A stretch of 64,000 nucleotides of DNA. It comes from Botryllus schlosseri. Lineage: Eukaryota. Position 1 is the stretch's first letter. The number at the start of each line of letters is the position of its first letter. The stretch lies in assembly GCA_051294905.1 (NCBI GenBank), contig CM119378.1, positions 1,116,001 to 1,180,000 on the forward strand, in the 5' to 3' direction. Below are positions 38,901 to 48,116 of this stretch, piece by piece. Under the pieces are notes generated by a model. That model saw only the letters and a program-made list of their open reading frames with translations, did not search any database and was not told the DNA's origin. The translations under genes and the position numbers were made by a program.

Positions 38901-38917
38901 GGGCGTCAGATCGCTAA
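32957..38917 (+). CDS. PUS3: TruA-family tRNA pseudouridine synthase, PUS3/DEG1-like (divergent), 2 exons
   Basis: Exon 1 32957-33599 (RRVAFKVAYLGWDY, RAGRTDSTVSG with catalytic Asp), phase-1 intron, exon 2 37953-38917 (LPTDIRVLAWS, RTYRYFFP, GVHDFRNF, GFIYNQVR). Confidence 0.8.
33868..34142 (+). repeat. 42-bp tandem array (~6.5 copies), left subterminal repeat of the transposon; partly inverted related units at ~36615-36830
   Basis: Unit GTTCAGACGCCGAGTAGCTATACGGCGTTTGGCGTCTG(G/T)TAT read directly from the sequence. Confidence 0.92.
34318..34630 (-). mobile_element. 5'-truncated LINE 3' end (L2/Crack/CR1-group-like); other copies at ~40299-40725, ~42465-42965 and ~60495-60745
   Basis: About 280 bp shared among four loci. 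On the minus strand it ends AATAAA..(TGA)n. Longer copies encode ORF2 C-terminus-like KLEIAKCMYQF...RSIKYAGPDLW. Apparent GTCAT TSD here. Confidence 0.7.
35120..35380 (+). repeat. Degenerate ~33-36-bp minisatellite (~7 copies) downstream of the PHD exon
   Basis: Recurring GAAATGAGCAGTGGAACCACAGTAAAAGTCA-like unit. Confidence 0.75.
35390..36474 (-). pseudogene. Frameshifted, spliced transposon gene: C2H2-like finger, Ulp1/peptidase C48 and PHD finger
   Basis: HNCGLCEIKTSEKLDEHIEAVHW (~36340-36420). Exons 36101-36016 (VLLYDPMG), 35961-35853 (QNDGFNCGVLALK), 35790-35674, 35614-35546 (YCIKC...KW) and 35490-~35390 (VACDGCGRWTHEDC...FYC), with 54-62-bp GT-AG introns; two frameshifts. Confidence 0.78.
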
Positions 38918-41900
38918 AGAGAGGTGACGTCTTGACATGCTCACCTCATCCCGCCAAAACAGCTCGTCAAGAATCAGGTGAAATTGATCTTGTAACTGTT
39001 TCATTTGCTCTTTTATTTCGCAAATATATTTCACACAAAAGGCGGGTATCATCATGATTCATTACAATTTTGACCAGTGGAAAATGCCACGCGATTTCAA
39101 TACAGCTAAAACAATGCAAGTTGAAGCGACTTGGATTAGTCTTTTACTCATATAGAGTTTTAATGTTTCCTGCAAGCCAATACGACAGCTATGATGACAC
39201 GAAAATACACATGTTGTATCCTTGATCGGTGGATAATCCACGATTTATCAACGAAAAACTCACATAACTCCGCTTCTACTGGTCGGAATTGACTCAAATT
39301 TGTTTTGCAACGTCTTTGAAGACAGCTCCACAATTTCATGGGGTTGGCAGAAAAATTTGGAATTTTTTTTTTTAATTTTTCATAATAAATTAAAAATTTT
39401 AATTGGATCTGCGGAGGCCTTTACTGGTTGGAATCGAGTGAAATTTGGTGAGCAAGGTTTTCTACTGCAACCTGACGATTTAAGAGGTGACCGGCTTGAA
39501 TCGGGAAAAAAAAGTTATTTTTGAACAGCCCTACTGTACAACTGCACAGTGTACGCACAGTCTCACAGTCACAGTTTTTATTTTTAAACGGGTTTCCAGC
39601 CGAAAAAGGGGAGTGGTTTGAAATTGTTTCAAATTTACCAAGGTAGCATCAATCTATTGGGGTTAAGTACATGCGTAAAATCCGATAATATATGGATAGC
39701 ACCAGCCTCCTCGTGATAACGAACTTTGCCAGCGATAGATTGCCGTCAATTTGCGATTCCTCTCGATCTCGCTTCAATACTAACTATTCACCAACTCGGA
39801 TGTGGTTGTGAACAATTGGATACGCAACCGCGGTAACGACGAACTATTTCACAAATCAAAATGATCAAGTCTGTTGTGGAATCTGTTCTGTAATGGCACC
39901 GATTTCGGGTGAATCAGGCCTGTCCCGTCTTCTAATAACTCGGCCTTGACACTCATCTTCCGATGCTTTAGTATTAGCGCTAATCATTTACGCCCGTTTG
40001 AGTCGGTTCGAGGCCAATTGCACAGATCAAGTCATTCAATTTCACGTTGTCACTCTTATGCCAGCATCGCATAACAATCGCATGAATAGAGGCGAGGCCT
40101 GCTGTAGACTCGATAGTTCAGGCTAGTGACGATATCAGGCCCGCAGGCGGACGCGCTAAATAAAACGAGCGTCGATAACGCTCAGCAGATGTCAATGAAC
40201 CGTTTCGCACACAAATGACTCGCGCCGATCAGCCAGTCGAATTTGATCCTGAAATGGTGCGATTTTAATTATTGGGTTGTCTTTGCAGCAAGAGCAATAT
40301 CATCATTGGTTTATTAGCGATTTTATCAGTTCAATACACCACAAAAAATGCGATACAATGAATAGACAGGAAGATGTCGAAGCGACTTGGAGTAGTCTAT
40401 GGAATCAGACACCCACCTTATTGGCCTAGGCGATGTAAAGAGGAGGCGTGCGCATTGCACACTGAATGAAAGTAAAGAAGACAGTGTAGAAAAAGAAAGC
40501 GACAAGAATAGGGCGGCATGTCATGGGAAGCGAGAACGATAGGTCAGTCGCGGTCCGATAATCTTGATGATGGACTGTATCTATTTAGTAGTAATTGCTT
40601 GTATTTCGACTTGTTGTATATTGGCGCATGCCGCGACCTTATCAATAGAAATCCATATCTACCAAATGCTCTATGGTTTGAAATTCGACTCGCATCTTGT
40701 TGCGCTCGAGAGAGTCGGTTCAGCAATGAAGTTTATTGGAACGTAGAAGGTCCACGTTCTAACTAATCGAATTAATTCAGAATTTGTGCCACCGTGTTGC
40801 ATCAATTATTTGACAACGCCGTGCACCGCACAGTGCGCCGTATTAATAACGAATCAAGCACTGACATGTGACATTACGGGATTACGAGGGTATAAAGCAG
40901 ACAAGAATTAGTACTACAGATGATTGCAAACGAGAAAGCTCACATCTACAGAAATTCATATCTTGCGTACGGTCATTCCAAACCTAGACTTCCGATGTTG
41001 ACACCACTACCTTTTCAAATCTCCTGAAATTTGGCACATGCATAGATGAGCTTTCCAAACTGCATGAGCTACATTTAATAAAAATTGGACAAAAGATGGG
41101 ACAAACGATCGTCATTTTAAAAATTGACAATTTTCCGCTTATTTCGGGTCTGCACTGTACTTTGCTTTATCAATACAGTATTTGAAGAGCTTCTTTCAAA
41201 TACAGAAGTTCAATATACAATTGAATAGTATATTCATATTGTAATGAAACCAAATAAAATGAAACTCGTTAGGGGTAATCGTCAGCAACAATACAGTATT
41301 AAAGAAGGTGTAGCTGGATGTTGGAATACAGTTGATAGAGATTGAGAGAGAGAATCTATATTCGTATACGTTACATATCAACATTACGCTGCAAAAATGT
41401 AACAGTGAAATGCGACATGCAAGGTAGACGGGAGGCTTGATATTTGTCAATTGGATTTCTCGGTAGCTTTTCTTGTTTTAAACATGTTTGTTTTAAATGC
41501 AACCCGCCTACATTGGTATCATTTTTTTTTATCTTTTCTCTGTTCACGATATCATTTATCCGGTAGAGCTGAATGAGGTATCTTGGAAAATGTAGGGGAA
41601 GTAAATATTAAATAAATAGCATTTGTCTTGTGGGGTTCAGATTTCCAGGACAGGAACATTCGGCGCCAGCAGCCATATCGCCTGTGGACATATGTATAGG
41701 CTATATCGAAGCTTTCGGTCAGAATAACGGCAGTCCTTTTTGGCCAAGGTTTTCTCGTTGCCGATCGTCCTGACAAACTTCTCGGAGTCGCATATGTTAC
41801 ATGGACTAAACATTCATATGTCTTGGTGGGTTAGGTGCGTCGTGGCGCGGTAATGACCGACGCCGAAGTGCCCATTTCTATAAATCATGCGAATTTTTTC

Positions 41901-42101
41901 TTGGGAAGGGTACCCAATAATAAAGATATTTGGCAATATTAAATCGCGGTGATCCGGGCCGCATGCTGCCCGCGGGCCCAAGTTTGCCAACTACTGCTTT
42001 AGATCGGTAAAAGATGGAAGGTGCTCTGTGGTTCAAATTTGAAGCAATTCCACATGCATCGGATATAGAAAGCAAAGGTAGGTAAAGAGCTTCAGCTCAA
42101 A

Positions 42102-42368
42102 CCGAGCGAGATAGTGTAATGGTTATGCGTCCGGCTTCTCGAGCGGTAGGTCGTGGGTTCGATCCCCGGCCGGGTCATACCAAAGACTCGAAAAATGGTA
42201 TCCGCAGCTATCCTGCTAGGCGCTCAGCAATCACGGATAGCATGGAGGAGAAAAAAAAACGGGGGCGCAGACTAGATGACCTCATGGGGCCGTATCGCAA
42301 CTCCGTCGCCAAAGCATCTCGATGGTGCAGGCGAGAAAGAATATCATCTCTCTCTCTCTCTCTCTCTC
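42102..42368 (+). mobile_element. tRNA-derived SINE
   Basis: A box TAGTGTAATGG (42112), B box GGTTCGATCC (42156), core GGTCATACCAAAGACTCGAAAAATGGTATCCGCAGCTATCCTGCTAGGCGCTCAGCA and a (CT)n tail; no complete cloverleaf. Confidence 0.75.
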
Positions 42369-44099
42369 AATCTAATTGGTAAAAATCCTACAATTACACA
42401 GGAATAACTGCACCGCAGTACGAGCAATGAGCATACATTACTGTGGTTATCTGATCAATTCAATTTATTTATTGCTAAAAATTTTATCATCTTAATACAC
42501 CACAAGACTGCGATACAATGAAAGATAGGAAGGTGTCGAAACGACTTGGAGTAGTCTTCGAAATCAGACACCCATCAGCTGACCTAGGTGGTAGAAAGGA
42601 GACTTGCACACTGAATGAAAGGTGAAAGAAGATAATATAAAAGGACGACAGGTGACAAAAATATGGCATGTGTCGAAAGGCCAGATCGATATATCAGGTT
42701 GTGGTCCAGGAAACTAGAGACTAACTATTATTTATACAGTAAAAATTGTTTGTATTTCGACTTGAATGTCGACGTGCTCGATGACTGTCGGATAGCAGAC
42801 AAGGCTCCACAAATCAGGTCCGGCATATTTGATGGAGCGAGGATTCTTTTGTCCACCTAATGGTAGTTGGACGACTACCGAGGTAGATAAGTTATTGAAG
42901 TTTTCGGGACAGTGGCCGCAGCGGAACTGATACATACACTTGGCAATTTCTAGTTTCCGCATATCTTTTACGTTTAAGACACCGAATCTCTTTCAAAGAC
43001 TACCCCGCGTCGATTCGACACGTTTCTGTCCTTTTATTGTATCGCAATCTTGTGGTTTTCTGATCTGATAAAATTAATAATATGCTCATACCGATACTAA
43101 TAATACACGAACGAATCTTCGAGAAATTTTATAGTGTCACTGAACCATAACAAGCCATTGACAGGGTAATGTTCAGTTGTTTACAGATTGAGATTTGTGG
43201 CTGAATACAATGAAGGTGCCAGATTTCCTTACGTATTGCTATTACAATGACGGTAGTAGTAGTAGTAGCTATTACCCGTATTACTAATACTTATATCAGG
43301 AAGGAAGGGAATATATTTTCACATCTTTATAGTCTACAACTGGTGTAACGCTATTGCCCAATCATTTATTATATATAGGCCCATCGAAAAGAAATGACGT
43401 AATTTCGTGAGGATCAAGAAAGATTGTAACTTGTAACAGCGCATGCAGACATGCCAATAAATTACTTGAAACCAATCTATTTGTGGCTTATATTCATTGC
43501 ACGGTAACTGTAGCAATAGACCTATGCCCTTTATTCATCCCATTTATATATATGATTGTGATTTGTTTGGTTGATTAGCTAACTTCACCAAGCATTCTTG
43601 ATTGTTCTGAACTTACAGAAGTAATAAGAAAATATATACCTCTACTCAAGATTCTTTCATACCATAATTCGTATCAACGTATGCCCCACTCCACTATACC
43701 AGGAGTGATCAATCTTATTGGTTGTGAGTTGTGATCAATTTGCTGTATGAATGACAGGAACTTATGTTGGTAATGAATTGAGTTTGTCGAATATCGAATC
43801 TAGTGATTTGAGGTAAATATATAAAAAGTGCAATGTAAAAGAAATCACATCGCTGCTACATTTTGTCATTGGAAAATCATTTTTGATTGACAGCTTTAAA
43901 TAACGCGGGTTTACAACTGAGAACTTTACGTTCTGGTAGAAATAGCCATTCTGATGCACCAGACTTTGGCAGCTACTAGGTACGGATAACTTTTGGCATT
44001 GAATTATTTTCTGCCATTACAGGAATTTTTGTAGCAATCTGAAATTATGCAGTGATTCTAAAGTACGATACCAATTTCTCCCAATGCTACACTGCCAGA

Positions 44100-45449
44100 A
44101 TGATACTGATTCGGATATTCTTCACTGAAGAGAATCAAATAGATTGGATGGTACCATCACCGGAAGGGATTTACTTCGATGACGTGTTGGAAGCGATATG
44201 CCAAGCGAGTGAAAGAAAATTGGTTGTTACGTCATTCGAGTATAAAGATGAAGAGGAAGACTTGATAACCGTGAGAAATGAGCAGGATTTAAAAGCAATG
44301 ATTCATTTTTGCCACGGTCAAGCAATTGAAAAACTTGTGATATACCCGAAAGCTTGTAAAAATCCAGGGAAACGAAACAAGTTCGGATTGAAAGTTGCAA
44401 TAACTCCCTCAAAACACAGCCAAGGAATTTCTCAAAGTGATTTACCTAATCGACAGTCTGCAATGAACAATTCGATGACAGGTGGTAATCAAGCCTCTGT
44501 GGTAACACAGAATGCTTTTCAGACCGACTCAGTTTCTGCAAGTCACGGTAATATCGTGAATGAGATGGACGGACTTTCAAATTTGTCTTTGACTTATTTA
44601 GAAACTCTAGGACATGGAAATAGCGGAGTTGTGTACAAAGTTATACATAATAAGTCAAAAATGCATATGGCTGTTAAATCCATCCCGATTGATTTGACAG
44701 GCAGGGAACAAGAACGGATTAAATCAGAATTAAAGATTTTAAACGAATGTAACAGCTCTCCGCAAACTGTCGATTTCTATGGTGCTTATCTAAATGAAAA
44801 CCGCATATTTTTATGCATGGAATTCATGGATGGAGGCTCGCTGGATCGTTACGGCAAAATCCCAGAACTTGTTCTTAAAAGAGTATGTCGCCGCGTTGTT
44901 TCCGGTTTGCGGTTCTTATGGAGTAAAAAGATAATTCATCGAGATGTTAAACCCTCGAATATTCTTGTCAATACCAAAGGTCAAGTCAAGCTATGTGACT
45001 TTGGGGTGAGCAGGCAACTAGTGAACTCGATAGCAAAAACGTACATAGGCACAAACGCGTATATGGCACCTGAGCGTGTCCATGGTTTGGAATACACAAT
45101 ACACTCTGATATTTGGAGTTTGGGTCTATCAATATCAGAAATGGCTACTGGAAGTTACCCATACCCGGAACTAGCGTCAAAGATCAAAAGCTCCCGCGGA
45201 GTAATACCTATGGAAGTCTTACAATGTATTGTAAATGCAGCCCCTCCGCAGTTACCAACACACTGCTTTTCTCTGGAATTGGTTGACTTTGTTCGCGGCT
45301 GCTTGCAAAAAGACGCTTCCAGCCGTCCGAACCCTGATATTTTGTCACTACACGCTTTTGTAAATATCGAAATGAACGACCATGAAGATGTCATCATTGC
45401 GAACTGGCTCTCACAGAGATTATCATTTGCTTCGTCAAAAAGATGTTGA
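44100..45449 (+). CDS. MAP2K5: Dual-specificity MAP kinase kinase 5 (MEK5) with PB1 domain, no coding introns seen
   Basis: PB1 FEYKDEEEDLITVRNEQDLKAM; kinase HRDVKPSN, DFGVSRQLVNSIAKTYIGTNAYMAPER. First ATG at 44100 (the track start is GTG); an upstream exon cannot be excluded. Confidence 0.93.
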   Translation: MILIRIFFTEENQIDWMVPSPEGIYFDDVLEAICQASERKLVVTSFEYKDEEEDLITVRNEQDLKAMIHFCHGQAIEKLVIYPKACKNPGKRNKFGLKVAITPSKHSQGISQSDLPNRQSAMNNSMTGGNQASVVTQNAFQTDSVSASHGNIVNEMDGLSNLSLTYLETLGHGNSGVVYKVIHNKSKMHMAVKSIPIDLTGREQERIKSELKILNECNSSPQTVDFYGAYLNENRIFLCMEFMDGGSLDRYGKIPELVLKRVCRRVVSGLRFLWSKKIIHRDVKPSNILVNTKGQVKLCDFGVSRQLVNSIAKTYIGTNAYMAPERVHGLEYTIHSDIWSLGLSISEMATGSYPYPELASKIKSSRGVIPMEVLQCIVNAAPPQLPTHCFSLELVDFVRGCLQKDASSRPNPDILSLHAFVNIEMNDHEDVIIANWLSQRLSFASSKRC

Positions 45450-45597
45450 CGTTTAGTTCGTTTGCAGTGATTTAGTGAAAAGCGTCTTGTTATTTTTCAA
45501 ATGCACGCAAATGTATCACGAGAACGCAATATTTCAAGAACTCTATGCTATGATATGTTTGATCTGTTCACCTTAGCTGAAATTTTGTTGTATAAAG

Positions 45598-45963
45598 CAG
45601 GGGTTCCCAACCTTGGCGGCCTTCAAAAATTTTGAAAAACAATGCTCCCCCTATTTTTTCACCTTTTCAAAAATTAAAGAAACATTATTTTATTTGAAAA
45701 ACTGCTTTATACAGTAAAAGGCATAATAGTACACAATAAGCATGATAGTACTATAGCCTCATCAGTTTTTAGGCTACATATTCAGCTGACGTGATGGTTG
45801 AGATTGTTTTTACTCTGACAATGTCTAAATTACTGGTTTGGCCTCAAGAGGGAAGATAATTTTAATTCATTTCTTTTGTCATAGTGGAGCAGACTTGTAG
45901 ATGATAAATATTTTCATGCCTCTTCTGAAAAAGGCTGAAGGCACCCCGGGTTGGGAACCCCTG
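45598..45963. mobile_element. hAT-like MITE between MAP2K5 and TTC1
   Basis: TIR CAGGGGTTCCCAACC / GGTTGGGAACCCCTG; TSD not preserved. Confidence 0.6.
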
Positions 45964-46201
45964 GAAAAGAGAATCCCTGTTAGTAGCTTTGTAGGATGCA
46001 GGGATTTATGACCGAGAGGTATTTTGAACTCGGATCCCTTAGGCTTGCATTATTATAAATGCAATGATAATGTCAATACTTTATCATAAAGTTATCATGT
46101 TCAGATATAGTTTCATCTATTCTTATTGTTCTATTTCTATAAATATTTCATTCCTTTTATTGCTTGCAGCCGATGTGTGTAATCTAGCTTAGTTAATCGA
46201 A

Positions 46202-47149
46202 ATGGATGATGCGTTCAGTGATGAAGAATTTCATGACTGTATGGACAATGTAAACGAAACAAATGCGACACAAGATGAACGCAAACAACATCCTTTAACC
46301 GATGAGGAGGATTCTAGTAGAAGCGTTGATGTGAAAGCAAATTGTGAGCCAACTGATGCAGATATCTCTTCCAAGTCAGAGAGCATTGATGTGAATCACG
46401 ACATAAAACTAAATAGCCCTGATTCTTTGAAGCAAGATGATAGCTGCAAAGCGAGCCAACCAGTTCCACAGACGTCGGAAGCCGGCGATCCACTAAGTGA
46501 TAAATTTGCAGACGCAAATTTGGAATCTTCTGAGGAAAGTGACGACGAATCAGCTCTGTCAGAAGAGGTTGTTCGCGACCGGACATTAGAAGCTACAAAA
46601 TTAAAAGAGGAGGGAAATGCGGAATACAAAAATGGAAATTTCCAAGATGCAATGCGACTGTACACTGACGGAATTAAACTGTGTCCAAAATGTTCGCGGA
46701 AGGAGCGTGCTGTTTTACACTCGAATAGATCAGCCTGTTATGTTAAACTCGATCGTACTGATGACGCTATCAAGGACTGCTCGGAAGCCATCGATCTTCA
46801 TCCGCAATACGTGAAAGCTTATTTACGCCGAGCTCAACTTTATGATGACACAGAAAAATACGAGGAAGCGCAGAAAGATTATGAGAAAGTATTAGAACTC
46901 GATAATTCCGTTACTTCCGCTCGTCAAGCGTTGGCGATGTTGCCGGAAAAAATCGAAAAGAGAAACGAAAAATTGAAACAGCAAATGATGTCGAGTTTGA
47001 AGGATTTGGGAAACTTATTTTTGAAGCCGTTCGGCTTGTCGACAAACAACTTTCAAATGCAGCAAGATCCAAATTCGGGGTCTTATAATATTCAATTTAA
47101 TAATAATCCAGGGCCGCAGGCGAGTAACGGGCCTGCAGGAGGAGAATGA
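46202..47149 (+). CDS. TTC1: Tetratricopeptide repeat protein 1, no coding introns
   Basis: Acidic N-terminus, three TPRs, C-terminal LKDLGNLFLKPFGLSTNNFQMQQDPNSGSYNIQF. Confidence 0.92.
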   Translation: MDDAFSDEEFHDCMDNVNETNATQDERKQHPLTDEEDSSRSVDVKANCEPTDADISSKSESIDVNHDIKLNSPDSLKQDDSCKASQPVPQTSEAGDPLSDKFADANLESSEESDDESALSEEVVRDRTLEATKLKEEGNAEYKNGNFQDAMRLYTDGIKLCPKCSRKERAVLHSNRSACYVKLDRTDDAIKDCSEAIDLHPQYVKAYLRRAQLYDDTEKYEEAQKDYEKVLELDNSVTSARQALAMLPEKIEKRNEKLKQQMMSSLKDLGNLFLKPFGLSTNNFQMQQDPNSGSYNIQFNNNPGPQASNGPAGGE

Positions 47150-47239
47150 TTGATTGCGAATGTTTTTGTTCGCCATAAATCACCAATAGATATCTGAAAA
47201 ACTTCATTATACAGGTGAATAATATATTCATACTGAAGT

Positions 47240-47571
47240 AAACCCGAATATTTTCGGCTGACACTCATCACGGGTAATCATCAGCAACTTTATTTGGCTC
47301 TTGGACTATTGACTCTTGGAAGCACAGAGCTTCACTATGAAGTGAAAGTGAAAATTAGTATATTCACTTCTGATTTCACGATTATGTCTCGAAAATGCTC
47401 TATGAATAGTTGCATCGCTTTGAACAGAGCAGAAATAATAATAAAATCACCAATGGATATCTTGAAAGTAACCCGTACATTTTCGGCTGACACTCGTCAG
47501 GGGTAATCATGAGGAGTCAGCAACTAGATTACCCCCGTCGAGTGTCACCTGAAATTGAAAATATTCGGGTT
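47240..47571. ncRNA. Cluster of three minimal hammerhead-ribozyme-like motifs (two on minus, one on plus), each with point defects
   Basis: Minus 47279-47240: GAUUACCC-GUGAUGA-GUGUCAGCC-GAAA-AUAU-UC-GGGUUU. Minus 47508-47470: GAUUACCC-CUGACGA-GUGUCAGCC-GAAA-AUGU-AC-GGGUU. Plus 47527-47571 is degenerate. Confidence 0.6.
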
Positions 47572-48116
47572 CATTTCAATATGAATAACGAATATACTAT
47601 TCGATTGTATATTGAAGTTCTGTACCTGCCAGAAGCTCTTCAATGGAAATCTGAATATTTGAATTGCTTTAAACAGAGTAGTAACATTATAGAATCATCA
47701 ATGAATACCTATTATTTGTCCTGGTTTAAGGTTTAAGCCACAAAAATGCTCCATCTTAATATTTGGATGGCTTTGAACAGAGAAGAAAGCATAATAAAAT
47801 CACCAACGAATATCAATATTTATCTTGATTTTTAGTGTATGCCTCGAAATGCTTTTTCACTTTTGAATAGAGCAGAAAGCATTATAAAAAACCTAGGCAT
47901 TGGTACAATTGTTCGAGTGACAATAAAGCCAGTCAGTTTCGATACGCTCTTTTGAGACTTTTCAAACCTATGTTCAGAAAATATGATCGTATTTCTACAT
48001 CGCCCGAGTTTTTCTATCATGAATCGCATTTTCATGTTTTCGCACATTTGAGCAATCGACTGTCAACATCTTTTATGCCGCAGGACTATTAGACTCGAAC
48101 AACAAGCAGCTAGAAT

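Noticed and set aside
39700..40290. Unique GC-richer non-coding stretch, possible enhancer or ncRNA
   Set aside because: No ORF, splice pattern or recognisable RNA motif; it cannot be supported without conservation data.
41590..41880. GC-richer patch with a faint SWIM-like peptide (TGDMAAGAECSC) on minus
   Set aside because: Too short and stop-interrupted to support a call.
42102..42175. Possible third tRNA gene
   Set aside because: It has A/B boxes but no proper acceptor stem, and it continues into a SINE core and microsatellite tail.
44052..44099. Non-ATG starts in the ORF track for MAP2K5 (also XAB2 29271, PUS3 38075, GTF3C6 55132)
   Set aside because: These are artefacts of a prokaryote-style ORF caller; splice acceptors or downstream ATGs explain the real structures.
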